Shown: positions 17,467 to 25,974 of the stretch, one piece after another
Position numbering within the stretch: position 1 is the stretch's first letter
Layout: every line of letters starts with the position of its first letter
Source of the DNA: a virus
Taxonomy: Duplodnaviria; Heunggongvirae; Uroviricota; Caudoviricetes
IMG/VR virus record: IMGVR_UViG_3300025000_000063
Coordinates: 64,001 to 128,000 of that record
Reading direction: 5' to 3' (one strand)
Length of the DNA: 64,000 nucleotides
The notes under the pieces: generated by a model
The model's database searches: none
Seen by the model: only the letters and a program-made list of their open reading frames with translations
What the model was told of the DNA's origin: nothing
Program-made: the position numbers and the translations under genes

Positions 17467-18183
17467 ATGAAAATAATTAATCAAAGCTATGAAATTTTAA
17501 ATTGGCCAGAACAGGCATTGGAAATGATCGAACGTGCCGGGAGAACCTGCTATAAATCAGAGAATAAAATTGGATGTTCAATTCCAGAAGAACAGCAAGG
17601 TCATGAAAATTGCCCTGACCTGCATTGGTATTTTTCTTGCACCTCGGAATGTCAGCACCATTCATCAAGAAAATTTGTTAAGATGCTGCAAAACAGAGGC
17701 CACCATGCAATGATTGAATTTGCGGATCTTACCGTCAAGTTTATTACCAATCGGGGAGTGACGCATGAACTGGTCCGGCACCGGATGTGTTCTTTTGCCC
17801 AGGAAAGCACCCGGTACGTGAAGTATGATGGAAATATGGAATTTATCCGGCCTGTTTGGGGTTATCCAACATCGTGCACACACCTTGAACAAACCAAAGA
17901 AATTTTAATTGCAGATACTATATGGCTTAGGGCAATGCGATATGCGGAAGGATACTATCTGCAATTATTAGATGCGGGCTGGAGGCCAGAACAGGCCAGA
18001 GAAGTTTTACCCAATTCGCTTAAAACCGAAATCGTGGTAAAAGCAAACCTCCGGGAATGGCATCATGTCTTAACCCTCAGGACTTCCAAAGCAGCACACC
18101 CACAGATGAGGGCCTTAATGCTGCCGCTCTTAAAAGAATTAAAAGAAAAAATCCCTGTTGTATTCGATGGGGTACAGGAATGA
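17467..18183 (+). CDS. thyX: Flavin-dependent thymidylate synthase
   Basis: GHHAMIEF, RGVTHELVRHR-x-SFAQESTRY, PEQAREVLPNSL, LTLRTSKAAHPQMR. Confidence 0.96.
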   Translation: MKIINQSYEILNWPEQALEMIERAGRTCYKSENKIGCSIPEEQQGHENCPDLHWYFSCTSECQHHSSRKFVKMLQNRGHHAMIEFADLTVKFITNRGVTHELVRHRMCSFAQESTRYVKYDGNMEFIRPVWGYPTSCTHLEQTKEILIADTIWLRAMRYAEGYYLQLLDAGWRPEQAREVLPNSLKTEIVVKANLREWHHVLTLRTSKAAHPQMRALMLPLLKELKEKIPVVFDGVQE

Positions 18184-18380
18184 AAATTGTTATCTGTATA
18201 TTTATGCTTTTTCTGTGGCCAACTATAATAAACATTGCAGAATTTATGCCCTGCCCTGTATACGAGCATATCCAAATTCATGGGCATGGGATTGATATGA
18301 GCAGTGTATGGGGGCAAGGAAAAGCAAATTATCAACTCAGGAAGAAAAACTTTAAACCTGGGAGATATTTGAGGAGGTAG
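18180..18380 (+). CDS. Small hypothetical protein with N-terminal hydrophobic segment
   Basis: ATGA overlap with thyX. Confidence 0.45.
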   Translation: MKIVICIFMLFLWPTIINIAEFMPCPVYEHIQIHGHGIDMSSVWGQGKANYQLRKKNFKPGRYLRR

Positions 18381-18382
18381 AA

Positions 18383-18832
18383 ATGCCGTTCAAATGGCAT
18401 GCAAGATTTATTGATCTTGCTTATTTAGTTGCTTCTTGGAGTAAAGATCCAAGCACTAAATGTGGCGCTGTGATTGTTGACCAAAATAAAAGGATTATCT
18501 CCGTTGGTTTCAATGGATTTCCTAAAGGAACTTCTGACGATACCGGGCTTTATGACAACAGGGAAGAAAAATACCGTAGGGTGATCCATGCAGAAAAGAA
18601 TGCAATTTTATTTGCCCAAAAGGATTTAGCTGGATGTACATTATATGTAGTTCCTATGCCTCCATGCAGCCAATGTGCCGGTATGATTATCCAATCTGGA
18701 ATTACCCTTGTTGTCACAATAGAACCAAGTACAGAACATATCAAAAGATGGGGTGTGGATATACTGTCAACAAAACAAATGTTCAATGAAGCTGGTGTAC
18801 AATTACTGTACTATGCGTCAATTGAAAAATAA
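18383..18832 (+). CDS. dCMP deaminase
   Basis: SKDPSTKCGAVIV, GFNGFP, HAEKNAI, PCSQC. Confidence 0.93.
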   Translation: MPFKWHARFIDLAYLVASWSKDPSTKCGAVIVDQNKRIISVGFNGFPKGTSDDTGLYDNREEKYRRVIHAEKNAILFAQKDLAGCTLYVVPMPPCSQCAGMIIQSGITLVVTIEPSTEHIKRWGVDILSTKQMFNEAGVQLLYYASIEK

Positions 18833-18856
18833 ATAAAGGAGGGAGCAAAATAAATT

Positions 18857-18885
18857 TTTAAAAAATTAAAATTGTTTTGTATAAT
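18857..18885 (+). promoter_or_regulatory. Repeated phage promoter, copy 2
   Basis: TTTAAAAAATTAAAATTGTTTTGTATAAT. Confidence 0.65.
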
Positions 18886-18967
18886 ATAATGACGAGGAAA
18901 TGAATTTAATCATATTCCAATTTAACCAAGAGTTACTAACAGTAACAAAGAAAAAAGGAGAACGACA

Positions 18968-19792
18968 ATGGGAAAGAAAAGTAAAGAAAAAGCACCGCAG
19001 ATTGACCCGAAAAAGCTGCGAAAAGCTGCGGATGAGCTCCAGGGCCTGCTTGACCTGGAAGATGATGATGGAAACCCTGTTGAACTGAATAAAGGGTCCA
19101 TTGAGGAAATCTGTGACAAAGTGACAGAGGCCGCCGCAGAACTCACTGAAGACGATGAAATTTCTGAAAACTTGGCAGAGGTGCTTGAAATCCTGGGGGT
19201 TGAAATCCCGGAAGCAGAAGATGCAGATGATGATGCAGATGATGATGCAGATGATGATGCAGATGATGATGCAGATGATGATGCAGATGATGATGCAGAT
19301 GATGATGCAGATGATGATGCAGATGATGATGGTCCGGAACTGTCCCTGGCCGACCAGGTAAAAGCAGCAAAGAAGCTTGACGACATGAAAATCCTGGTGA
19401 ACAACAATGATGAATTCAAAAAACTGCGCAAAGGCCTCAGTGATTATAAAGGTCTTGCCGGCCCACGTGAATTGAAAGCCAAAATGCTGAAAATCCTCGG
19501 AATTGACCCGGCTGAAAAACCTGCAAAAGGCCCGAAAAAAGAAGCTGGAAAATCCAGATACGGCCGGTTGCTTTCTTCTGCTGTTGGTGTGATTGATGAA
19601 TTGCTCTTCAAAGGTACCACAGAAGAAGACATCCTCAAAACACTCACTGAAAAATTTCCCGGAAAGGATGTGAAACAACTCACTGCCAGGCTGCATGGCC
19701 ATATGAAGCAGTTGAAAAAGGAAGGGATCACAATTACCGAAAAAAACGGGAAGATCAAATCCAAAGAAGAAAAACATCCCAACATGGAATAG
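18968..19792 (+). CDS. Acidic protein with (DDDA)n tract and C-terminal domain paralogous to 8018..8701
   Basis: RBS AAGGAG; own promoter and terminator; shared domain. Confidence 0.8.
   Translation: MGKKSKEKAPQIDPKKLRKAADELQGLLDLEDDDGNPVELNKGSIEEICDKVTEAAAELTEDDEISENLAEVLEILGVEIPEAEDADDDADDDADDDADDDADDDADDDADDDADDDADDDGPELSLADQVKAAKKLDDMKILVNNNDEFKKLRKGLSDYKGLAGPRELKAKMLKILGIDPAEKPAKGPKKEAGKSRYGRLLSSAVGVIDELLFKGTTEEDILKTLTEKFPGKDVKQLTARLHGHMKQLKKEGITITEKNGKIKSKEEKHPNME
19223..19330 (+). repeat. 12-bp tandem repeat x9 (GCAGATGATGAT)
   Basis: Direct inspection. Confidence 0.95.
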
Positions 19793-19825
19793 CACTGCCA
19801 ACGGAGCCAAGTAAAACAATGATTG

Positions 19826-19862
19826 AATGCCGCCCAAATATGCATTAATGGGCGGCATTTTT
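19826..19862 (+). terminator. Intrinsic terminator
   Basis: AATGCCGCCCA/TGGGCGGCATT stem + TTT. Confidence 0.8.
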
Positions 19863-19896
19863 CGCACAAAATCAATAATGAGGGTGAAATAAGGAA

Positions 19897-20637
19897 ATGG
19901 GAAAACTAAAAAAGAAAAGTGACCACGCAGGAGATAACACGATAATCAAGAATGGAAAAAACTTCAGCGCCTTACTCACAAATGCAAACCTGCGTGGGTT
20001 GTTGAATGAAGTTGTCCTGACTGTAAAAAACGGGGTTGGAGAAATCCAGGCAATTGATATGACTTCCAGTGTATTCCTTTCTTGCACTGAAGACCTTGGT
20101 ATAACAGAGGACCTCACTATTGGGCTAAACAATTTACCCGGCCTGATTAAATTCTTTGAAAACAGCGAAGAAGTCCAGTACCGGTTTGAAGATGACTGGA
20201 TTATCCTCAAAAAACACAAAGCCCAATTGAAATGTATTCTATCTCCTCCTGAATCTGTCCCAACCAGCATCACAGAAAAGCTTAAATTTTCTGACCTCAA
20301 AAAACAATGCAGTAACTCCATCGACTTCACCAAAAAGATGTACGACGAATTTACGTACTATTCTTCCATAGTCAGCCCTACCAGCATTTTTATTGTTTCC
20401 GAAAAGAAGAAAACAATGCTGCACAGCAATGAATACGATGAGCAGCAATTTAAACTGTTTTTAGGTAAAGCGGAAACTGATGAAACATGCAAAACGGAAA
20501 TCCTGACAGAACATTTTTTGAAAATCCTTGGCATCCTAGACTGGAGTGAAAAAGTAACAATGTTCTTTGGCACTGACGTCCCAACGGTCATAAAACAAAA
20601 AGAAAACTTTTGGTCACTGGTGCCACTCAAAAGTTAA
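19897..20637 (+). CDS. Sliding clamp (PCNA/gp45-like, two-domain subunit)
   Basis: ~246 aa; EIQAIDMTSSVFL resembles PCNA lqAmD; C-terminal VTMFFGTDVPTVIKQ...LVPL; a loader is encoded nearby. Confidence 0.6.
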   Translation: MGKLKKKSDHAGDNTIIKNGKNFSALLTNANLRGLLNEVVLTVKNGVGEIQAIDMTSSVFLSCTEDLGITEDLTIGLNNLPGLIKFFENSEEVQYRFEDDWIILKKHKAQLKCILSPPESVPTSITEKLKFSDLKKQCSNSIDFTKKMYDEFTYYSSIVSPTSIFIVSEKKKTMLHSNEYDEQQFKLFLGKAETDETCKTEILTEHFLKILGILDWSEKVTMFFGTDVPTVIKQKENFWSLVPLKS

Positions 20638-20649
20638 GGAGGCACCAAA

Positions 20650-21120
20650 ATGAACATAGAAGAATTCTTGCCAATTAAGAGTAGGGTGCTTTCAAAAATG
20701 AGCAAATTTGAATTGGCAAAGAAAAAATGCACATCGAAAGAAGAATTGCGTGTCCTGGAAATGCAATACCTCCGCCCGGAAAAGTTGCAGAAAACAACAC
20801 AAGTGAACCACGCAGCATCTATTGATGACAGAATTATTGAAGTTGTTTTTGCAAATGAAGAAGACATCCAAAACTTCAAGCAGTTTTTCTCTGTAACTTC
20901 TCGCAGATCACTCGGGGTGAAGCAATCACTGTACAGGATTAATTTGCTTTTAGATTTTATCGCAGCATTGAAATCAGGGGAAATATCTTATGATTCGGAA
21001 AAACGAAAATTCAAGTACCAAACAGAGCCAGAACATGACGAAAGAAGATCAGATCGGAAACGGAATATTACCTCCACTAAACTCCGACATCTTAAAAGAA
21101 GCAAACAAATGGCTTCTTGA
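20650..21120 (+). CDS. Hypothetical protein upstream of radical SAM gene
   Basis: RBS AAGGAGG; 3' end overlaps next ORF. Confidence 0.6.
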   Translation: MNIEEFLPIKSRVLSKMSKFELAKKKCTSKEELRVLEMQYLRPEKLQKTTQVNHAASIDDRIIEVVFANEEDIQNFKQFFSVTSRRSLGVKQSLYRINLLLDFIAALKSGEISYDSEKRKFKYQTEPEHDERRSDRKRNITSTKLRHLKRSKQMAS

Positions 21121-21871
21121 GAATACAGACAGGACAGCCCACGGAACATATGGTTCCCCACGGGTGAGCAGTGAATTACCTGATTGCAGTATGCCGATGA
21201 CATTTGATCAGTATAGTTACTGTGGACTCGGCTGTTGCTATTGCACTATTGCAGGGACTCCAATTTCTGTTGTTGGTGGGAATAAACCAATTGAACATCT
21301 TATGGTAGGAGATAGTATTTACAGCAGGAACGTCGAAACAATGCAAATGGAGGTAACAGAAATAACAGCCACCATGGAAAGGACAGTGCATGAGATTTAT
21401 GAGATTGAACTTGAAAATGGGCGGAAGTTAAATATCACAGGTGAACATCCTGTTTGGGTGAATAATTCTGAATGGAAATGCGTAAAAGACTTAAAGCTAA
21501 CTGATGAAGTTGATTTTGTAGAAAAGCCGTATTTAGTTGCACGGAACCAAGAATACCAATTTAGAAAAAATGTATCAAAACGCATGAAGAAAAATAATCC
21601 AAGGTGGGTTGCTGGTGTCACAGAAAGAACATCGAAAACATTAAAAAAACGGTATGCCAGTGGTGAATTAACTCCATATTGGTTAGGAAAAGAAAAACCA
21701 GACGCAAAACATAGGATGCTGACAAACAATCCGATGAAGGACCCAACCATCAGAAGAAAGACATTGCAAAAATCAGTAAAAACATGGCTTGAAAATGGAA
21801 GAATTTCAATCGGTGAAAAAAGGTACGGAAAGCACTACGTGTGCTCGGTGAAAACTTTATTCATGAAATGA
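20990..21871 (+). CDS. Radical SAM protein N-extein fused to N-half of a split intein (intein starts at Cys, 21242)
   Basis: YGSPRVSSE..DC..PMTFDQYSYCGLGCCY|CTIAGTPI (intein block A) ...NITGEHPVWV (block B) ...KCVKDLK. Confidence 0.88.
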   Translation: MIRKNENSSTKQSQNMTKEDQIGNGILPPLNSDILKEANKWLLENTDRTAHGTYGSPRVSSELPDCSMPMTFDQYSYCGLGCCYCTIAGTPISVVGGNKPIEHLMVGDSIYSRNVETMQMEVTEITATMERTVHEIYEIELENGRKLNITGEHPVWVNNSEWKCVKDLKLTDEVDFVEKPYLVARNQEYQFRKNVSKRMKKNNPRWVAGVTERTSKTLKKRYASGELTPYWLGKEKPDAKHRMLTNNPMKDPTIRRKTLQKSVKTWLENGRISIGEKRYGKHYVCSVKTLFMK

Positions 21872-22116
21872 AAATACCAGGACCAAAAAGAGAATACACG
21901 CTTGATTTTTTCTTGCCTGATAAAAATATTGTAATAGAGTATGATGGGCACAGTAAGCATTATACAGAAAAGGGGCAAGAAAAACATCATGAACGTGATA
22001 ATTGGTTGTATCAAAAACATGGCATAATTACTGTTCGTATACATAGAGACGAAACAAAATTACCTGTCACCCAGTTTAGTAAGTTGCTTACCGAAAGGAT
22101 TGCAAAATGCGCATAA
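21841..22116 (+). mobile_element. Vsr/DUF559-like homing endonuclease domain lying between the split-intein halves (frame -1 relative to IntN)
   Basis: EYTLDFFLPDKNIVIEYDGHSKHY...HERDNWL; frame open from 21817 (KKVRKALRVLGENF). Confidence 0.75.
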
Positions 22117-23438
22117 AAAGCATTGTTATAAAAAAAGGGACTTTCAGAGTCCATAACATTGAAACGTCTAAACATAATAATTATTATGCCAATGGTGTGC
22201 TTGTGCATAATTGTTTTTCATACTTCTTTAAGAGCAACAACCCAAGCATGAAAACACATGAACTCAAACAAGTGAATGTAAAAAGGTTGTTGAAAAAAAT
22301 GAATGGTGAATCACCGCAAGATGTAATGTACCGGCATTTTTATAAAAGAAAATTCTTGTTGCATTGGGGTGGATTGGCAGATCCATTTTGTTCATTTGAA
22401 AAAACAAACGGAACCGGGCTTGAATTAATTAAAGGGCTGGGGAAATTAAATTACCCAACCCTCTTTTCATTCAAAGGACCAACAATCTTAGAAAAGAACT
22501 ACCTCAAAACATTTGAGAAATACCAAAAACAGTCAAATTTTGCTTTCCAGGCATCCATTATAACCCGTGATGATGATATGGCAAAACGGGTTGAAATTGG
22601 GGTGCCAAGCCCAACAAAAAGATTAAAAGCATTGAAAGAACTCAGTGATATGGGGTATTGGACTATCCTCAGATTACGTCCTTTTATTGTTGGAATTTCT
22701 GATGTTGGCCTTGATGAACTATTAAACGATGCCCTCGCTGCTGGTATTAACGGTGTCAGTTGCGAGTTTTTTGCCATGGATGCAAGAGCAAATATCGGAA
22801 TGAAGACCAGGTATGATTGGCTGGGCCAGTTAACCGGGATAAAAAATATGCATGAATATTACACGGTGCTCAGCCCAAAAGAACGTGGCGGGTACCGGAG
22901 GCTCAATAGGCTTGTAAAAGAGCCATATATCAAAAAGATCTATAAATTCTGCATTGAAAATAATTTGGTTTGTGGGATCAGTGACCCTGACTTTAAAGAG
23001 TTGAACACCTCTGGATCATGTTGTGCCATGCCGGATAATTTTAAAAAGAACCCGGAAATGCAAAACTGGACTACATCCCAATTGACATACCACCTGAAAG
23101 AAATCAGGAAAACATATCACAAAACAGGAAAGCTTGAAAGGCTTTATTTTGATAAAGTGTACAACAGTGGTAAAGAAACATACCTGGAAGAATGGCGTTT
23201 TGCCAATGACCACCCATGTACTGTTGGAATGTCACACGCCAGGGTCCGGAACACCAATCTAAAACAAATCACACAACGGTCCTGGAATAATTTACACAGT
23301 CCTGGAAATCCCAGGAACTATTTCCATGGGAAAGTTGTTCCGGTTGACCAGGACAGTAAGGGCAATTTAGTTTTTGAGTATGCCCCACATGATTATGAAG
23401 CACAATGGAAAAAAGAAGGTATCGATTTAACAAAATAA
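22107..23438 (+). CDS. 35-aa C-half of split intein (22107-22211) fused to radical SAM C-extein (SplB-like)
   Basis: MRIKSI...VHNIETSKHNNYYANGVLVHN|CFSY; own ATG, RBS AAGGA and upstream in-frame stop; WGGLADPF, LRLRPFI motifs. Confidence 0.88.
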   Translation: MRIKSIVIKKGTFRVHNIETSKHNNYYANGVLVHNCFSYFFKSNNPSMKTHELKQVNVKRLLKKMNGESPQDVMYRHFYKRKFLLHWGGLADPFCSFEKTNGTGLELIKGLGKLNYPTLFSFKGPTILEKNYLKTFEKYQKQSNFAFQASIITRDDDMAKRVEIGVPSPTKRLKALKELSDMGYWTILRLRPFIVGISDVGLDELLNDALAAGINGVSCEFFAMDARANIGMKTRYDWLGQLTGIKNMHEYYTVLSPKERGGYRRLNRLVKEPYIKKIYKFCIENNLVCGISDPDFKELNTSGSCCAMPDNFKKNPEMQNWTTSQLTYHLKEIRKTYHKTGKLERLYFDKVYNSGKETYLEEWRFANDHPCTVGMSHARVRNTNLKQITQRSWNNLHSPGNPRNYFHGKVVPVDQDSKGNLVFEYAPHDYEAQWKKEGIDLTK

Positions 23439-23450
23439 AACAGGTGTATT

Positions 23451-24263
23451 ATGCACATTTATATTCCCACGTACAGCAGGCCGAATAAGCAAGAGACATT
23501 AAAGCACATCCCAAATAAATTGATGGAAAAGGTTCGTTTGGTTGTGAACAAAGAAGAATACGGGGTGTATTGCGAACGTGTTTCTAAAAAAATGATCATG
23601 GTTGTGGAAAGAAAAGTAACAAACATCGGCCAAGTACGCCAGTACATTATTGAAAATAGCCTCAGTGATTTCAGTTTATTTTTTGATGATGATATGTCCT
23701 TTGGTGTACGGAAAGAAGGTAAACTTAAAAAAGCTGAAAAAATAGATGTGTACGGAATGTACAAATTATTACTTTTTTGGCTGGAAGAAGGGCTTATCCA
23801 CGTAGGGGTCAGTCAAAGATTTGGGAATAACCGGATAGCAGAAGATTACCTGGAAGTGACCCGTATGAATAATGTTTATGCGTACAACACCAAAATTGTG
23901 AATAAAGAAAAAATCAGGTTTGATAGATTGCCGATAATGGAAGATTTTGACATGACTTTGTCTTTACTTGCTGCAGGATACAAAAACCGGGTGTCGTACA
24001 AGTATTGCTGGGGACAAGGGAAGAGTGGCGATAGGGGTGGGTGTTCAACCTATCGGACGTTTGAAATGCAAAAAGAAGCTGCTATAGCATTAAGTAAACT
24101 TCACCCTGGCATCGTTAAAATAAAGGCAAAAAAAGGTAAGGAAGAATGGGGTGGTATAAATTCCCTATACCGAACAGACGTTAATATTTTGTGGAAAAAA
24201 GCTTTCAAAAACAAGGAAAGAAAAGGAAACACTGATTGGCTTTTTAGCGGGAGGAAGGAGTAA
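23451..24263 (+). CDS. GT-A fold DNA-base glycosyltransferase (TET-associated GT / beta-glucosyl-HMC-alpha-glucosyltransferase-like)
   Basis: IYIPTYSR, IGQVRQYI, FFDDD, EDFDMTL, GGCSTYRT motifs. Confidence 0.78.
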   Translation: MHIYIPTYSRPNKQETLKHIPNKLMEKVRLVVNKEEYGVYCERVSKKMIMVVERKVTNIGQVRQYIIENSLSDFSLFFDDDMSFGVRKEGKLKKAEKIDVYGMYKLLLFWLEEGLIHVGVSQRFGNNRIAEDYLEVTRMNNVYAYNTKIVNKEKIRFDRLPIMEDFDMTLSLLAAGYKNRVSYKYCWGQGKSGDRGGCSTYRTFEMQKEAAIALSKLHPGIVKIKAKKGKEEWGGINSLYRTDVNILWKKAFKNKERKGNTDWLFSGRKE

Positions 24264-25510
24264 TGTCCGGATTCTTTTTCCCAGAAAGAAAACAAAAAGT
24301 GCAAACATTTAATTCCTTTGTTGGAAGAGGTAATACTTGCTCAACTTGTGGCAGGTACCGTGGATGCAAAACTCCAAGAATGAAGCCGTTTGGTGGATTT
24401 AAGAAAAAGATCATGCTTTTGGTTGAATCACCAAGTGTGACTGACGATAAACTTGGTGAACCACTTAAAAGCCGGCACGGGAAAAAAATTGTTCGTGCTT
24501 TAAAACAAATAGGGGTAGATGTTGCCAGTGATTGCCTTGTTGTCTATTCTGTTGCTTGTTATTCAGAAGAAAAAGTCAAACCAAAAGAAATTCTTTGCTG
24601 CAAAACAAAACTGGTACAAACGATCCGCCAACATAAACCAAATGTGATAATCCCCTTTGGGGGAGAATCACTTGATGCATTGATTGGCCATTACTGGAAA
24701 AAGAACATCAGCGGAATACAGAATTGGAGAGGTTGGCAAATACCAGACAGGAACTATCAAGCTTGGGTTTGCCCAGTATTCGCTCCTTGGTTTATTGAAC
24801 AAAGTGAAGAAAAGTACAGTAATATGGCAGAGAATCTTTGGCTAGAAGATTTAACATCCGCAATAAGCATACAAGAACAAATTCAATTTTCCGATGATAC
24901 CAAATGCATTCATTACGTTGAAAATAATGAAGATTTCCGGCAAGCTATTAAAGAGATCAACCGTGCTCCTTGGGTTTCTTTTGATTATGAAACTACCGGG
25001 CTGAAACCACATGCACCAGGACATGAGATAATTTGTGTCAGCGTTGCAGTATCCAGTAAAAAAGTATTTGTTTGGGAGAATGATGAATACAGGGCAAAGG
25101 TATGGTCTATGATCCTGAAAAAAGGAAAAATAAAAAAATCATCACACAACCTTTCTTTCGAGCAATTATGGAGTGCAGTATTAATGAAAACCAGAGTCCG
25201 TGGCTGGGATTGGTGCAGCATGAACACGGCCCATATCTTGGATAACAGGCAAGGCATTTGTGGATTAAAATTCCAAGCATATGTTAATTTCGGGGTTATC
25301 GATTATAATTCTCAAATAGAACCATACTTAGAAAGCCCACCTGATCAGGGGGCCAATGCAAAAAACAGAATAAAAGAATTCATTAAAAAATTCGGGATAA
25401 AACCAGTTTTGACTTATTGCGCCTTGGATTCATTATACGGATATTGGCTCACAGAAAAACAAAAACAAGATATTGAAAATAAAGTAGCAAACGAACTAAT
25501 TCCCTTTTAA
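24263..25510 (+). CDS. PolA N-terminal half: family-4 UDG-like domain + 3'-5' exonuclease
   Basis: CxxC-x5-C Fe-S ligands, KPNVIIPFG; exonuclease SFDYETTGL, HNLSFE, YCALD. Confidence 0.85.
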   Translation: MSGFFFPERKQKVQTFNSFVGRGNTCSTCGRYRGCKTPRMKPFGGFKKKIMLLVESPSVTDDKLGEPLKSRHGKKIVRALKQIGVDVASDCLVVYSVACYSEEKVKPKEILCCKTKLVQTIRQHKPNVIIPFGGESLDALIGHYWKKNISGIQNWRGWQIPDRNYQAWVCPVFAPWFIEQSEEKYSNMAENLWLEDLTSAISIQEQIQFSDDTKCIHYVENNEDFRQAIKEINRAPWVSFDYETTGLKPHAPGHEIICVSVAVSSKKVFVWENDEYRAKVWSMILKKGKIKKSSHNLSFEQLWSAVLMKTRVRGWDWCSMNTAHILDNRQGICGLKFQAYVNFGVIDYNSQIEPYLESPPDQGANAKNRIKEFIKKFGIKPVLTYCALDSLYGYWLTEKQKQDIENKVANELIPF

Positions 25511-25527
25511 CCAGGCAGAAACCTACA

Positions 25528-25974
25528 ATGAAACGGAAAAAGAAATTGCAGACCAATTCTGAATTGTTACAGAAAGAAAGCCTTCAAATATTCAAATGCA
25601 TAAAACCTATCAAACTCCAATTAACAAAAAAAGCTTGTGCACATATGTACCATCAAGCAAACAAAACAAACAAAAACGGGGTCTCTGCAATTAACCATAC
25701 CATCGATGCATTTTACTATTGTTTTGAATGCCCAGAAGGGAAGAAAAATTATGAAAAATACCACAGTAACGGGAAAGAAAAAATAAAGGCCCCTAAAAGA
25801 AAACAATGCCTGATGTACCAGGTAGACCCAACTCAATGTAAAAATGAAAAAATAGAAGGGTGGTTTTCCAGGCACAGAACACAAAAAGACCAAAACTGGG
25901 GGATCAAGAGGTTTTGTTGTGCTGAATGTGGGGTGCGGTACCATTATTTAAAATCACAAGGGAAGATAAAATGA
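25528..25974 (+). CDS. Cys-rich hypothetical protein between the two PolA halves
   Basis: YYCFECPEG, FCCAECG. Confidence 0.6.
   Translation: MKRKKKLQTNSELLQKESLQIFKCIKPIKLQLTKKACAHMYHQANKTNKNGVSAINHTIDAFYYCFECPEGKKNYEKYHSNGKEKIKAPKRKQCLMYQVDPTQCKNEKIEGWFSRHRTQKDQNWGIKRFCCAECGVRYHYLKSQGKIK

Noticed and set aside
18866-19867. Long antisense ORFs (also 8027..8719, 2756..3520, 31220..31849, 31288..31986, 44265..44801, 55605..56189)
   Set aside because: Shadow frames of codon-biased or low-complexity genes; no RBS or recognisable motifs.
25510-25971. Group I intron in polA
   Set aside because: No recognisable P/Q/R/S core elements, the insert is almost entirely ORF, and the second half has its own ATG. 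Not formally excluded without RT-PCR.
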